This document shows positions 25,311 through 37,472 of a stretch of DNA of 64,000 nucleotides, in pieces; positions within the stretch are counted from its first letter, which is position 1; each line of letters begins with the position of its first letter. Location: the NCBI RefSeq assembly GCF_050320075.1, contig NZ_CP190018.1; one strand, 5' to 3'. The position numbers were made by a program, and so were the translations under genes. The notes below the pieces were generated by a model. That model made no database searches and was not told the origin of the DNA. It saw only the letters and a program-made list of their open reading frames with translations. This DNA comes from Escherichia coli (GTDB lineage: Bacteria > Pseudomonadota > Gammaproteobacteria > Enterobacterales > Enterobacteriaceae).

Positions 25311-25799
25311 ATGGTCTGGATTGATTACGCCATAATCGCGGTGATTGCTTTTTCCTCTCTGGTTAGCCTGATCCGCGGCTTTGTTCGTGAAGCGTTATCG
25401 CTGGTGACATGGGGTTGTGCTTTCTTTGTTGCCAGTCATTACTACACTTACCTGTCAGTCTGGTTTACGGGCTTTGAAGACGAACTGGTTCGAAATGGGA
25501 TTGCCATCGCGGTACTGTTTATCGCTACCCTGATTGTTGGTGCTATCGTGAACTTCGTGATAGGCCAGTTGGTGGAGAAAACGGGGTTGTCAGGCACCGA
25601 TCGGGTGCTGGGCGTCTGTTTCGGTGCGTTGCGCGGTGTGTTGATTGTTGCCGCCATTCTCTTCTTTCTCGACTCCTTTACCGGGGTGTCGAAAAGCGAA
25701 GACTGGAGCAAATCACAGCTGATCCCGCAGTTCAGTTTTATCATCAGATGGTTTTTTGATTATCTGCAAAGCTCGTCAAGTTTCTTGCCCAGAGCGTAA
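25311..25799 (+). CDS. cvpA: Colicin V production membrane protein
   Basis: 162 aa, hydrophobic; directly upstream of purF. Confidence 0.9.
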   Translation: MVWIDYAIIAVIAFSSLVSLIRGFVREALSLVTWGCAFFVASHYYTYLSVWFTGFEDELVRNGIAIAVLFIATLIVGAIVNFVIGQLVEKTGLSGTDRVLGVCFGALRGVLIVAAILFFLDSFTGVSKSEDWSKSQLIPQFSFIIRWFFDYLQSSSSFLPRA

Positions 25800-25835
25800 G
25801 TGCTCTGAGATGTGGCTTAACGAGGAAAAAGACGT

Positions 25836-27353
25836 ATGTGCGGTATTGTCGGTATCGCCGGTGTTATGCCGGTTAACCAGTCGATTTATGATGCCTTAAC
25901 GGTGCTTCAGCATCGCGGTCAGGATGCCGCCGGCATCATCACCATAGATGCCAATAACTGCTTCCGTTTGCGTAAAGCGAACGGGCTGGTGAGCGATGTA
26001 TTTGAAGCTCGCCATATGCAGCGTTTGCAGGGCAATATGGGCATTGGTCATGTGCGTTACCCTACGGCTGGCAGCTCCAGCGCCTCTGAAGCGCAGCCGT
26101 TTTACGTTAACTCTCCGTATGGCATTACGCTTGCCCACAACGGCAATCTGACCAATGCTCACGAGTTACGTAAAAAACTGTTTGAAGAAAAACGCCGCCA
26201 CATCAACACCACTTCCGACTCGGAAATTCTGCTTAATATCTTCGCCAGCGAGCTGGACAACTTCCGCCACTACCCGCTGGAAGCCGACAATATTTTCGCT
26301 GCCATTGCTGCCACAAACCGCTTAATCCGCGGCGCGTATGCCTGCGTGGCGATGATTATCGGCCATGGTATGGTTGCTTTCCGCGATCCAAACGGGATTC
26401 GTCCGCTGGTACTGGGAAAACGTGATATTGACGAGAACCGCACAGAATATATGGTCGCTTCCGAAAGCGTTGCGCTCGATACACTAGGCTTTGATTTCCT
26501 GCGTGACGTCGCGCCTGGCGAAGCGATTTACATCACTGAAGAAGGGCAGTTGTTTACCCGTCAATGTGCTGACAATCCGGTCAGCAATCCGTGCCTGTTT
26601 GAGTATGTATACTTTGCTCGCCCGGACTCGTTCATCGACAAAATTTCCGTTTACAGCGCCCGCGTGAATATGGGCACGAAACTGGGCGAGAAAATTGCCC
26701 GCGAATGGGAAGATCTGGATATCGACGTGGTGATCCCGATCCCGGAAACCTCTTGTGATATCGCGCTGGAAATCGCGCGTATTCTGGGCAAACCGTACCG
26801 TCAGGGCTTCGTTAAAAACCGCTATGTAGGCCGTACCTTCATCATGCCGGGTCAGCAGCTGCGTCGTAAGTCCGTGCGCCGTAAACTGAACGCCAACCGC
26901 GCCGAGTTCCGCGATAAAAACGTCCTGCTGGTCGACGACTCCATCGTCCGTGGCACCACTTCTGAGCAGATTATCGAGATGGCACGCGAAGCCGGAGCGA
27001 AGAAAGTGTATCTCGCTTCTGCGGCACCGGAAATTCGCTTCCCGAACGTTTATGGTATTGATATGCCGAGCGCCACGGAACTGATCGCTCACGGTCGCGA
27101 AGTAGATGAAATTCGCCAGATCATCGGTGCTGACGGGTTGATTTTCCAGGATCTGAACGATCTGATCGAAGCCGTTCGCGCTGAAAACCCGGATATCCAG
27201 CAGTTTGAATGCTCGGTGTTCAACGGCGTCTACGTCACCAAAGATGTTGATCAGGGCTACCTCGATTTCCTTGATACTTTACGTAATGATGACGCCAAAG
27301 CCGTGCAACGTCAGAACGAAGTGGAAAATCTCGAAATGCATAACGAAGGATGA
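25836..27353 (+). CDS. purF: Amidophosphoribosyltransferase
   Basis: 505 aa; N-terminal catalytic Cys after Met (MCGIVGI); PRPP-binding region. Confidence 0.95.
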   Translation: MCGIVGIAGVMPVNQSIYDALTVLQHRGQDAAGIITIDANNCFRLRKANGLVSDVFEARHMQRLQGNMGIGHVRYPTAGSSSASEAQPFYVNSPYGITLAHNGNLTNAHELRKKLFEEKRRHINTTSDSEILLNIFASELDNFRHYPLEADNIFAAIAATNRLIRGAYACVAMIIGHGMVAFRDPNGIRPLVLGKRDIDENRTEYMVASESVALDTLGFDFLRDVAPGEAIYITEEGQLFTRQCADNPVSNPCLFEYVYFARPDSFIDKISVYSARVNMGTKLGEKIAREWEDLDIDVVIPIPETSCDIALEIARILGKPYRQGFVKNRYVGRTFIMPGQQLRRKSVRRKLNANRAEFRDKNVLLVDDSIVRGTTSEQIIEMAREAGAKKVYLASAAPEIRFPNVYGIDMPSATELIAHGREVDEIRQIIGADGLIFQDLNDLIEAVRAENPDIQQFECSVFNGVYVTKDVDQGYLDFLDTLRNDDAKAVQRQNEVENLEMHNEG

Positions 27354-27447
27354 TGCCTTCGCTCAGGGTGCCGGTCTGGCACCCTGACTTGCAACTCCCG
27401 CCGAAATCCTGCAAAGTCTGCCTGCAAGTCTGACAGGGCAACTATTT

Positions 27448-28017
27448 ATGAAACGACTTATTGTGGGCATCAGCGGTGCCAGCGGCGCGATTTATGGCGT
27501 GCGCTTATTACAGGTTCTGCGCGATGTCGCAGATGTTGAAACGCATCTGGTAATGAGCCAGGCCGCGCGCCAGACCTTATCTCTTGAAACGGATTTTTCC
27601 CTGCGCGAAGTGCAGGCGTTAGCTGATGTGACGCACGATGCGCGCGATATTGCTGCCAGCATCTCTTCTGGTTCTTTCCAGACGCTGGGGATGGTGATTT
27701 TACCCTGTTCGATCAAAACCCTGTCCGGCATTGTCCATAGCTATACTGATGGCTTACTGACCCGTGCGGCAGATGTTGTGCTGAAAGAGCGTCGCCCGCT
27801 GGTGCTCTGCGTGCGTGAAACACCATTGCACTTAGGCCATCTGCGTTTAATGACTCAGGCAGCAGAAATCGGTGCGGTGATTATGCCTCCCGTTCCGGCG
27901 TTTTATCATCGCCCGCAATCCCTTGATGATGTGATAAATCAGACGGTTAACCGTGTACTCGATCAATTCGCCATAACGCTTCCTGAAGATCTCTTTGCCC
28001 GCTGGCAGGGCGCATAA
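27448..28017 (+). CDS. ubiX: Flavin prenyltransferase
   Basis: 189 aa; flavoprotein motif GISGASGAIYGVRLL. Confidence 0.92.
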   Translation: MKRLIVGISGASGAIYGVRLLQVLRDVADVETHLVMSQAARQTLSLETDFSLREVQALADVTHDARDIAASISSGSFQTLGMVILPCSIKTLSGIVHSYTDGLLTRAADVVLKERRPLVLCVRETPLHLGHLRLMTQAAEIGAVIMPPVPAFYHRPQSLDDVINQTVNRVLDQFAITLPEDLFARWQGA

Positions 28018-28025
28018 CTCCGCTG

Positions 28026-28050
28026 TTGCCCTGTTTCAGGGCAATTTTGC
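28026..28050 (+). terminator. Rho-independent terminator after ubiX
   Basis: Hairpin ttgccct/agggcaa with a 4-nt loop, followed by ttttgc. Confidence 0.6.
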
Positions 28051-28198
28051 AACCGCGATCAAATCCTCGACATTTTGTTTCTGCCATTCAATCGAAACGC
28101 TGCGATTCAACCGCTATACCTGCTATCTTCAACTTCAGGACAATAATGCAACGTCTTATTAACATATTTAACGTTGAATGTTACTGTTGTCGTCAAGA

Positions 28199-28214
28199 TG
28201 GCATAAGACCTGCA
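28199..28214 (+). promoter_or_regulatory. Candidate sigma-54 promoter (-24/-12) for argT
   Basis: tggcataagacctgca: GG and GC spaced 12 nt apart as in the TGGCACG-N4-TTGCW consensus, about 70 nt upstream of the argT start. Confidence 0.55.
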
Positions 28215-28282
28215 TGAAAGAGCCTGCAAACACACAACACAATACACAACATAAAAAAGCCATTTTCACTTGAGGGTTATGT

Positions 28283-29065
28283 ATGAAGAAGTCGATTCTC
28301 GCTCTGTCTTTGTTAGTCGGTCTCTCCGCAGCGGCTTCCAGCTATGCGGCGCTACCGGAGACGGTACGTATCGGAACTGATACCACCTATGCGCCGTTCT
28401 CATCGAAAGATGCTAAAGGTGATTTTGTTGGCTTTGATATCGATCTCGGTAACGAGATGTGCAAACGGATGCAGGTGAAATGTACCTGGGTTGCCAGTGA
28501 CTTTGACGCGCTGATCCCCTCACTGAAAGCGAAAAAAATCGACGCCATTATTTCGTCGCTTTCCATTACCGATAAACGTCAGCAGGAGATTGCTTTCTCC
28601 GACAAGCTGTACGCCGCAGATTCTCGTTTGATTGCCGCCAAAGGTTCGCCGATTCAGCCAACGCTGGATTCACTGAAAGGTAAACATGTTGGTGTGCTGC
28701 AGGGATCAACCCAGGAAGCTTACGCTAACGAGACCTGGCGTAGCAAAGGTGTGGATGTGGTGGCCTATGCCAACCAGGATTTGGTCTATTCCGATCTGGC
28801 TGCAGGACGTCTGGATGCTGCGTTACAAGATGAAGTTGCTGCCAGCGAAGGATTCCTCAAGCAACCTGCTGGTAAAGACTTCGCCTTTGCTGGCTCATCA
28901 GTGAAAGACAAAAAATACTTCGGTGACGGCACCGGTGTAGGGCTACGTAAAGATGATGCTGAACTGACGGCTGCCTTCAATAAGGCGCTTGGTGAGCTGC
29001 GTCAGGACGGCACCTACGACAAGATGGCGAAAAAGTATTTTGACTTTAATGTCTACGGTGACTGA
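28283..29065 (+). CDS. argT: Lysine/arginine/ornithine-binding periplasmic protein
   Basis: 260 aa with signal peptide; paralog of the adjacent hisJ. Confidence 0.93.
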   Translation: MKKSILALSLLVGLSAAASSYAALPETVRIGTDTTYAPFSSKDAKGDFVGFDIDLGNEMCKRMQVKCTWVASDFDALIPSLKAKKIDAIISSLSITDKRQQEIAFSDKLYAADSRLIAAKGSPIQPTLDSLKGKHVGVLQGSTQEAYANETWRSKGVDVVAYANQDLVYSDLAAGRLDAALQDEVAASEGFLKQPAGKDFAFAGSSVKDKKYFGDGTGVGLRKDDAELTAAFNKALGELRQDGTYDKMAKKYFDFNVYGD

Positions 29066-29285
29066 TACGTCGCAGGGAAGCTGTACCTGATGGAATGATC
29101 ATCATGGTGCACGCCAGGTTTGTTGCACTATCGTGGTGCATTGAAATGCATACTTAAGCATTTTTAATGAAAAATAATACGTCTAACGGGGCGGGATATT
29201 TTGCCTTGATGGTCAATTTTATGGCACGATAAGTGTAACAAACCTGTAAATATTCCCTATAAAAAGACTGTCAGTTGAGGACATT

Positions 29286-30068
29286 ATGAAAAAACTGGTG
29301 CTATCGCTCTCTCTGGTTCTGGCCTTCTCCAGCGCAACTGTGGCGTTTGCTGCGATTCCGCAAAACATCCGCATCGGTACCGACCCGACCTATGCGCCAT
29401 TTGAATCAAAAAATTCACAAGGCGAACTGGTTGGCTTCGATATCGATCTGGCGAAGGAGTTGTGCAAACGCATCAATACGCAATGTACGTTTGTCGAAAA
29501 CCCACTGGATGCGTTAATCCCGTCCTTAAAAGCGAAGAAGATTGACGCCATCATGTCATCGCTTTCCATTACGGAAAAACGTCAGCAAGAAATAGCCTTC
29601 ACCGACAAACTGTACGCTGCCGATTCTCGTCTGGTGGTGGCGAAAAATTCCGACATTCAGCCGACAGTCGAGTCGCTGAAAGGCAAACGGGTAGGCGTAT
29701 TGCAGGGCACCACCCAGGAGACGTTCGGTAACGAACACTGGGCACCAAAAGGCATTGAAATCGTTTCTTATCAAGGGCAGGACAATATTTATTCTGACCT
29801 GACTGCCGGACGTATTGATGCCGCGTTCCAGGATGAGGTCGCTGCCAGCGAAGGTTTCCTCAAACAACCCGTCGGTAAAGATTACAAATTCGGTGGCCCG
29901 TCTGTTAAAGATGAAAAACTGTTTGGCGTAGGGACCGGCATGGGCCTGCGTAAAGAAGATAACGAACTGCGCGAGGCACTGAACAAAGCCTTTGCCGAAA
30001 TGCGCGCTGACGGTACTTACGAGAAATTAGCGAAAAAGTACTTCGATTTTGATGTTTATGGTGGTTAA
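29286..30068 (+). CDS. hisJ: Histidine-binding periplasmic protein
   Basis: 260 aa with signal peptide; recognised as HisJ. Confidence 0.93.
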   Translation: MKKLVLSLSLVLAFSSATVAFAAIPQNIRIGTDPTYAPFESKNSQGELVGFDIDLAKELCKRINTQCTFVENPLDALIPSLKAKKIDAIMSSLSITEKRQQEIAFTDKLYAADSRLVVAKNSDIQPTVESLKGKRVGVLQGTTQETFGNEHWAPKGIEIVSYQGQDNIYSDLTAGRIDAAFQDEVAASEGFLKQPVGKDYKFGGPSVKDEKLFGVGTGMGLRKEDNELREALNKAFAEMRADGTYEKLAKKYFDFDVYGG

Positions 30069-30157
30069 TCGCCATCGGTGAAAGAAAGTCCGCTCCCTTC
30101 GGGTAACCGGAGGGAGACAAGAGGCGGTAATTCACCACACACGACAGGACAGGCAGC

Positions 30158-30844
30158 ATGTTGTATGGGTTTTCAGGTGTTATTTTACAGGGTGCGCTCG
30201 TCACGCTGGAGCTGGCTATCAGCTCTGTAGTGCTCGCTGTAATCATCGGTTTAATTGGCGCTGGCGGTAAGCTCTCGCAAAATCGGCTTTCGGGGCTGAT
30301 TTTCGAAGGGTACACCACGCTGATTCGAGGCGTGCCGGACTTGGTGTTGATGCTGCTAATTTTCTACGGTTTGCAGATTGCACTAAACACGGTGACGGAG
30401 GCGATGGGCGTCGGGCAGATTGATATCGATCCGATGGTCGCTGGTATTATTACTCTCGGTTTTATCTACGGTGCTTATTTTACCGAAACGTTCCGTGGCG
30501 CTTTTATGGCAGTGCCGAAAGGACATATAGAGGCGGCGACGGCGTTCGGTTTCACTCGTGGGCAAGTGTTTCGGCGGATCATGTTTCCGGCGATGATGCG
30601 TTACGCCCTGCCAGGCATTGGCAACAACTGGCAGGTGATCCTCAAATCTACCGCACTCGTTTCGTTACTCGGCCTGGAAGATGTGGTCAAAGCCACGCAG
30701 CTGGCAGGCAAAAGTACCTGGGAACCGTTCTATTTCGCCATCGTCTGTGGCGTGATTTACCTGGTTTTCACCACTGTTTCCAATGGTGTGCTGCTGTTCC
30801 TTGAGCGCCGCTACTCCGTGGGTGTGAAGAGGGCTGACCTGTGA
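30158..30844 (+). CDS. hisQ: Histidine ABC transporter permease
   Basis: 228-aa integral membrane ABC permease. Confidence 0.92.
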   Translation: MLYGFSGVILQGALVTLELAISSVVLAVIIGLIGAGGKLSQNRLSGLIFEGYTTLIRGVPDLVLMLLIFYGLQIALNTVTEAMGVGQIDIDPMVAGIITLGFIYGAYFTETFRGAFMAVPKGHIEAATAFGFTRGQVFRRIMFPAMMRYALPGIGNNWQVILKSTALVSLLGLEDVVKATQLAGKSTWEPFYFAIVCGVIYLVFTTVSNGVLLFLERRYSVGVKRADL

Positions 30845-31557
30845 TCGAAATCTTACATGAATACTGGAAACCGCTGCTGTGGACTGACGGTTATCGCTTT
30901 ACTGGCGTGGCGATCACCCTGTGGCTGCTGATTTTGTCGGTAGTGATAGGCGGAGTCATGGCGCTGTTTCTGGCGATTGGTCGCGTCTCAAGTAATAAAT
31001 ACATCCAGTTTCCAATCTGGTTATTTACGTATATTTTTCGCGGTACGCCGCTGTATGTTCAGTTGCTGGTGTTCTATTCCGGCATGTACACGCTGGAAAT
31101 TGTTAAGGGAACCGAGTTCCTTAACGCCTTTTTTCGCAGTGGCCTGAACTGTACCGTGCTGGCGCTGACGCTCAACACCTGCGCTTACACTACCGAGATT
31201 TTTGCCGGAGCGATCCGTTCAGTGCCGCATGGGGAAATCGAAGCCGCCAGAGCCTATGGCTTCTCGACCTTTAAAATGTATCGCTGCATTATTTTGCCAT
31301 CGGCGCTGCGTATTGCGTTACCGGCCTACAGCAACGAAGTGATCCTGATGCTGCACTCTACTGCGCTGGCTTTCACCGCTACTGTGCCGGATCTGCTGAA
31401 AATAGCCCGCGATATTAACGCCGCCACGTATCAACCTTTTACCGCCTTCGGCATTGCCGCGGTGCTCTATTTAATCATCTCTTATGTCCTGATCAGCCTC
31501 TTTCGCAGAGCGGAAAAACGCTGGTTGCAGCATGTGAAACCTTCTTCAACGCACTGA
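30841..31557 (+). CDS. hisM: Histidine ABC transporter permease
   Basis: 238 aa; start overlaps the hisQ stop. Confidence 0.92.
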   Translation: MIEILHEYWKPLLWTDGYRFTGVAITLWLLILSVVIGGVMALFLAIGRVSSNKYIQFPIWLFTYIFRGTPLYVQLLVFYSGMYTLEIVKGTEFLNAFFRSGLNCTVLALTLNTCAYTTEIFAGAIRSVPHGEIEAARAYGFSTFKMYRCIILPSALRIALPAYSNEVILMLHSTALAFTATVPDLLKIARDINAATYQPFTAFGIAAVLYLIISYVLISLFRRAEKRWLQHVKPSSTH

Positions 31558-31564
31558 GAATACG

Positions 31565-32338
31565 ATGTCCGAGAATAAATTAAACGTTATCGATTTGCAC
31601 AAACGCTACGGCGAACACGAAGTGCTGAAAGGGGTCTCACTGCAAGCGAATGCCGGAGATGTCATAAGCATCATCGGATCGTCGGGATCGGGGAAAAGTA
31701 CCTTTCTGCGCTGCATTAACTTCCTCGAAAAACCGAGTGAAGGATCGATCGTGGTCAATGGCCAGACGATCAATCTGGTGCGCGACAAAGACGGTCAACT
31801 CAAAGTCGCCGATAAAAATCAGCTGCGCTTACTGCGCACACGCCTGACGATGGTATTCCAGCACTTCAATCTCTGGAGCCATATGACGGTGCTGGAAAAC
31901 GTCATGGAAGCGCCGATTCAGGTGTTGGGCCTGAGCAAGCAGGAAGCGCGCGAGCGGGCGGTGAAGTATCTGGCAAAAGTTGGGATAGACGAACGTGCGC
32001 AGGGGAAATACCCGGTGCATCTGTCCGGTGGTCAGCAACAGCGTGTTTCCATCGCAAGGGCGCTGGCAATGGAACCGGAAGTTTTACTGTTTGATGAACC
32101 TACCTCGGCGCTCGATCCTGAACTGGTAGGCGAGGTGTTACGTATTATGCAGCAACTGGCAGAAGAGGGGAAAACCATGGTGGTAGTGACTCACGAAATG
32201 GGCTTTGCTCGCCATGTTTCTACTCACGTCATTTTCCTCCATCAGGGGAAAATAGAAGAAGAGGGTGCGCCAGAACAGTTATTTGGTAACCCGCAAAGCC
32301 CTCGTCTGCAACAGTTCCTTAAGGGATCGCTGAAATAA
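31565..32338 (+). CDS. hisP: Histidine ABC transporter ATP-binding protein
   Basis: 257 aa; Walker A (GSSGSGKST), ABC signature (LSGGQQQR), Walker B ([11 protein letters not shown]). Confidence 0.95.
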   Translation: MSENKLNVIDLHKRYGEHEVLKGVSLQANAGDVISIIGSSGSGKSTFLRCINFLEKPSEGSIVVNGQTINLVRDKDGQLKVADKNQLRLLRTRLTMVFQHFNLWSHMTVLENVMEAPIQVLGLSKQEARERAVKYLAKVGIDERAQGKYPVHLSGGQQQRVSIARALAMEPEVLLFDEPTSALDPELVGEVLRIMQQLAEEGKTMVVVTHEMGFARHVSTHVIFLHQGKIEEEGAPEQLFGNPQSPRLQQFLKGSLK

Positions 32339-32344
32339 TTCCCC

Positions 32345-32375
32345 CTCCGGTGGCTAACGCTGCCGGAGTATTTTC
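32345..32375 (+). terminator. Probable Rho-independent terminator after hisP
   Basis: Imperfect hairpin ctccggtggc/gctgccggag followed by tattttc. Confidence 0.45.
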
Positions 32376-32534
32376 AAGGGGAATTTGCGAGTCAGCTTCC
32401 GCTGAAATGTAAAAGTTGCAGTCCGCTAAAAATAGTTCTGAATTCGCTGTCCAAAGATAAAAACAGCCTGCTGCATTGGGTGTTAATCGTGGTTATTGTC
32501 GCGTTATCTTAAATTTGAGGGGTGACGGAACGCC

Positions 32535-33425
32535 ATGACAATATCGACAACTTCCACGCCGCATGATGCGGTATTTAAATCTTTTTTACGCCATCCAGAC
32601 ACCGCGCGGGATTTTATTGATATTCATCTTCCCGCGCCGCTGCGCAAACTGTGTGATTTAACAACGCTTAAACTGGAACCAAACAGTTTTATTGATGAAG
32701 ACCTGCGGCAATATTATTCCGACCTCTTGTGGTCTGTGAAAACGCAGGAGGGAGCGGGTTATATTTATGTAGTGATAGAGCACCAAAGTAAGCCGGAAGA
32801 ATTAATGGCTTTTCGCATGATGCGCTATTCCATTGCGGCGATGCAAAACCATCTTGATGCAGGCTATAAAGAGCTTCCATTGGTGATCCCGATGCTGTTT
32901 TATCATGGTTGCAGAAGTCCTTATCCTTATTCACTCTGCTGGCTTGATGAATTTGCCGAGCCTGCTATAGCCCGCAAAATATATTCATCGGCTTTTCCGC
33001 TGGTGGATATTACCGTGGTGCCGGATGACGAGATTATGCAACATCGCAAAATGGCGCTGTTGGAGTTAATTCAGAAACATATTCGTCAGCGCGATCTGTT
33101 GGGATTAGTCGACCAAATTGTTTCGCTGCTAGTTACAGGAAACACTAATGACAGGCAGCTAAAAGCCCTGTTTAATTATGTATTACAAACGGGAGATGCC
33201 CAGCGTTTCCGTGCATTTATTGGTGAGATAGCGGAACGCGCACCACAAGAAAAGGAGAAACTGATGACTATTGCTGACAGATTACGTGAAGAAGGCGCAA
33301 TGCAGGGCAAACACGAAGAAGCCCTGCGTATTGCTCAGGAGATGCTGGAGAGAGGTTTAGACAGAGAGTTAGTTATGATGGTGACCCGACTTTCACCAGA
33401 CGATCTTATCGCGCAAAGCCACTAA
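32535..33425 (+). CDS. rpnB: Recombination-promoting nuclease, Rpn (YhgA-like, PD-(D/E)XK) family
   Basis: 296 aa; N-terminal HDAVFKSFL motif typical of Rpn/YhgA-like proteins. Confidence 0.85.
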   Translation: MTISTTSTPHDAVFKSFLRHPDTARDFIDIHLPAPLRKLCDLTTLKLEPNSFIDEDLRQYYSDLLWSVKTQEGAGYIYVVIEHQSKPEELMAFRMMRYSIAAMQNHLDAGYKELPLVIPMLFYHGCRSPYPYSLCWLDEFAEPAIARKIYSSAFPLVDITVVPDDEIMQHRKMALLELIQKHIRQRDLLGLVDQIVSLLVTGNTNDRQLKALFNYVLQTGDAQRFRAFIGEIAERAPQEKEKLMTIADRLREEGAMQGKHEEALRIAQEMLERGLDRELVMMVTRLSPDDLIAQSH

Positions 33426-33472
33426 TTCTGTAACACCAGGAGTTAACTGGCGGATGTTTGCAGTAAACCACA

Positions 33473-34366
33473 TCAGCGAACAACATCCGCCAGCGCCTCT
33501 TCTAAATCGTACCAGCGAAACGCAAAACCCGCTTCTTCCAGCCGTTTAGGCAGCGCGCGTTGTCCACCTAATACCAGTACTGAAGATTCGCCCATTAACA
33601 GTCGAATGGCGGTCGCGGGGACGCGCAAAATGGCCGGGCGATGCAGCGCATGACCGAGCGCATGGGCAAATTGTTCATTGCGTACCGGGTAGGGCGAAAC
33701 CATATTAAATGGTCCACGCAGCTCGTTATCCAGCAGCCAGAGAATGCCGTTGACCATATCATCAATATGAATCCAGGCCAGATACTGCCGACCGGAGCCA
33801 ATCGGCCCGCCCAGACCAAGACGAAACGGCGGCAGCATTTTACCGAGAATACCGCCATCCGGTGCCAACACTACGCCGGTACGCAGCAGGCACACTCGCG
33901 TTTTGTCACTTTGTGCCCGGCAGGCAATTTCTTCCCAGCGGGCGCAGAGTTTATGGGTAAATTCGTTATGCGGCGGTTCCTCTTCGGTAACCACCACTTC
34001 ACCTAAGTCGCCATAATAGCCCGTTGCCGAGCCGGAAATGAGTACCGACGGTGGCGTGTCGCTGGCATTAATCAAATCGACCAGTTTTTGCGTGATATTC
34101 CAGCGGCTTTGGCAGAGACGCTCTTTTTGCTCGTGAGTCCAGCGTTTATCAGCAATCGGTTCTCCGGCCAGATTGATTACCGCATCAACGCCGTTGAGGT
34201 TGCTTTGATCGGCAAGCCCTTGCCATAGTGTCACCCGAGGGCCGAGAACGGAACTGGCTTTCTGCGGGTTACGCGTCATTACCGTGATTTGATGGCCCAG
34301 CTCCAGCAAACGTGGAATCAAATGGCGACCAATTAATCCCGTCCCTCCGGTGATCACTATGTTCAT
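33473..34366 (-). CDS. yfcH: NAD-dependent epimerase/dehydratase-family protein
   Basis: 297 aa; Rossmann N-terminus [16 protein letters not shown]. Confidence 0.88.
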   Translation of the reverse strand: MNIVITGGTGLIGRHLIPRLLELGHQITVMTRNPQKASSVLGPRVTLWQGLADQSNLNGVDAVINLAGEPIADKRWTHEQKERLCQSRWNITQKLVDLINASDTPPSVLISGSATGYYGDLGEVVVTEEEPPHNEFTHKLCARWEEIACRAQSDKTRVCLLRTGVVLAPDGGILGKMLPPFRLGLGGPIGSGRQYLAWIHIDDMVNGILWLLDNELRGPFNMVSPYPVRNEQFAHALGHALHRPAILRVPATAIRLLMGESSVLVLGGQRALPKRLEEAGFAFRWYDLEEALADVVR

Positions 34367-34386
34367 GCAGCCTCCCGATATGGCGG

Positions 34387-34749
34387 TTAACGCTGCCAGC
34401 TTAAGGTCATGGATACCGAATCAGCGTAGCGCAGCGCGTGCAGTTTATCGATCTCCACTTCAGCATACGTCACCCAGTGATGTTCACGTGCGATATCGAG
34501 CACATCCTGAGTTAATTTTTCCAGCAAAGAGAAACGGTTATTCTCTACATGCTGAATAATGTTTTTCGTTACGGTGCGATAATTCAGCGCATCGTTGATA
34601 TCTTCGCTAGTGCGCGCTTTATCGGCGGGGTAGTGGATCGTCACATTGATAACAATATCCTGACGGTTGTTAATTTCTTCTTCCTTAATTCCGATAAACG
34701 TACGTAAACGAAGGTTCTTTATACGAATAATAGCGGCAGGTTGTGCCAT
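34387..34749 (-). CDS. folX: Dihydroneopterin triphosphate 2'-epimerase
   Basis: 120 aa; recognised as FolX. Confidence 0.9.
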
Positions 34750-34805
34750 TGCAGGTTCTCCGTTGTTTTACTTAGAATGAAATAATACACGAGAACCTGT
34801 TTCTG

Positions 34806-36282
<1,477 letters not shown>

Positions 36283-36285
36283 TGA

Positions 36286-36840
36286 GTGATGAAACTGATG
36301 TTTGCATCGGACATTCATGGGGCGTTACCGGCGACGGAACGTGTTCTGGAGTTGTTTGCCCAAAGCGGTGCCCAGTGGCTGGTGATCCTTGGCGACGTGT
36401 TGAATCACGGCCCGCGTAATGCTTTACCGGAGGGTTACGCGCCAGCCAAAGTCGCTGAACGGCTTAATGAAGTGGCACATAAGGTTATCGCTGTGCGCGG
36501 CAACTGCGACAGCGAAGTGGATCAAATGCTTTTGCATTTCCCGATAACCGCGCCGTGGCAACAGGTATTACTGGAAAAACAACGTCTGTTTTTGACGCAT
36601 GGTCATCTGTTTGGGCCGGAAAATCTGCCTGCTTTAAACCAGAACGATGTGCTGGTGTACGGTCATACCCATCTGCCAGTGGCAGAACAGCGGGGGGAGA
36701 TTTTCCACTTCAACCCCGGCTCGGTGAGTATTCCGAAAGGCGGTAATCCGGCGAGTTATGGCATGCTGGATAATGACGTACTTAGTGTAATCGCACTCAA
36801 TGATCAAAGTATCATTGCGCAGGTCGCGATTAATCCGTAA
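36286..36840 (+). CDS. yfcE: Metallophosphoesterase (phosphodiesterase)
   Basis: 184 aa; calcineurin-like motifs (DIHG, GDVLNHGPR, GHTH). Confidence 0.88.
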   Translation: MMKLMFASDIHGALPATERVLELFAQSGAQWLVILGDVLNHGPRNALPEGYAPAKVAERLNEVAHKVIAVRGNCDSEVDQMLLHFPITAPWQQVLLEKQRLFLTHGHLFGPENLPALNQNDVLVYGHTHLPVAEQRGEIFHFNPGSVSIPKGGNPASYGMLDNDVLSVIALNDQSIIAQVAINP

Positions 36841-36897
36841 TTTACCCACAACTCAAAATGCGCCGTAAGAGCGCCAGAAAAAGAAGGTTTCCTGATA

Positions 36898-37440
36898 ATG
36901 GAACAGCGTCGTTTGGCAAGTACTGAATGGGTGGATATTGTCAATGAAGAGAACGAAGTCATTGCACAAGCCAGCCGGGAACAAATGCGGGCACAGTGTC
37001 TGCGTCATCGTGCAACTTACATCGTCGTGCATGATGGCATGGGCAAAATTCTGGTCCAGCGTCGTACCGAGACAAAAGACTTTTTACCCGGCATGTTAGA
37101 TGCGACCGCAGGCGGTGTAGTCCAGGCCGATGAGCAACTGCTGGAATCCGCGCGTCGCGAAGCGGAAGAAGAGTTGGGCATTGCCGGTGTCCCCTTTGCC
37201 GAGCACGGGCAGTTCTATTTCGAAGATAAAAATTGCCGTGTCTGGGGCGCGTTGTTCAGTTGCGTCTCTCACGGTCCCTTCGCCCTACAGGAAGATGAAG
37301 TCAGTGAAGTTTGCTGGCTGACACCGGAAGAAATCACCGCACGCTGCGATGAGTTCACTCCAGACTCGCTGAAAGCGCTGGCGTTGTGGATGAAGCGCAA
37401 TGCCAAAAATGAAGCCGTAGAGACTGAAACGGCAGAATGA
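36898..37440 (+). CDS. yfcD: Nudix hydrolase
   Basis: 180 aa; Nudix box region ([24 protein letters not shown]). Confidence 0.88.
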
Positions 37441-37470
37441 AAAAAGAGCCGCAATTGCGGCTCTTAACAT
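37441..37470. terminator. Bidirectional Rho-independent terminator between convergent yfcD and yfcC
   Basis: Perfect palindrome gagccgcaattgcggctc flanked by an A-run upstream and T-rich sequence downstream. Confidence 0.7.
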
Positions 37471-37472
37471 TT

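Noticed and set aside
29222..29237. Second sigma-54-like motif (tggcacgataagtgta) upstream of hisJ
   Set aside because: The -24 element is perfect but the -12 element is GT rather than GC at the correct spacing, so the evidence for a functional sigma-54 promoter is weak; more likely a sigma-70 promoter region.
32535..33425. rpnB as an active transposon
   Set aside because: No flanking terminal inverted repeats or target-site duplications are visible around the gene, so it is treated as a chromosomal (domesticated) gene rather than a mobile element.
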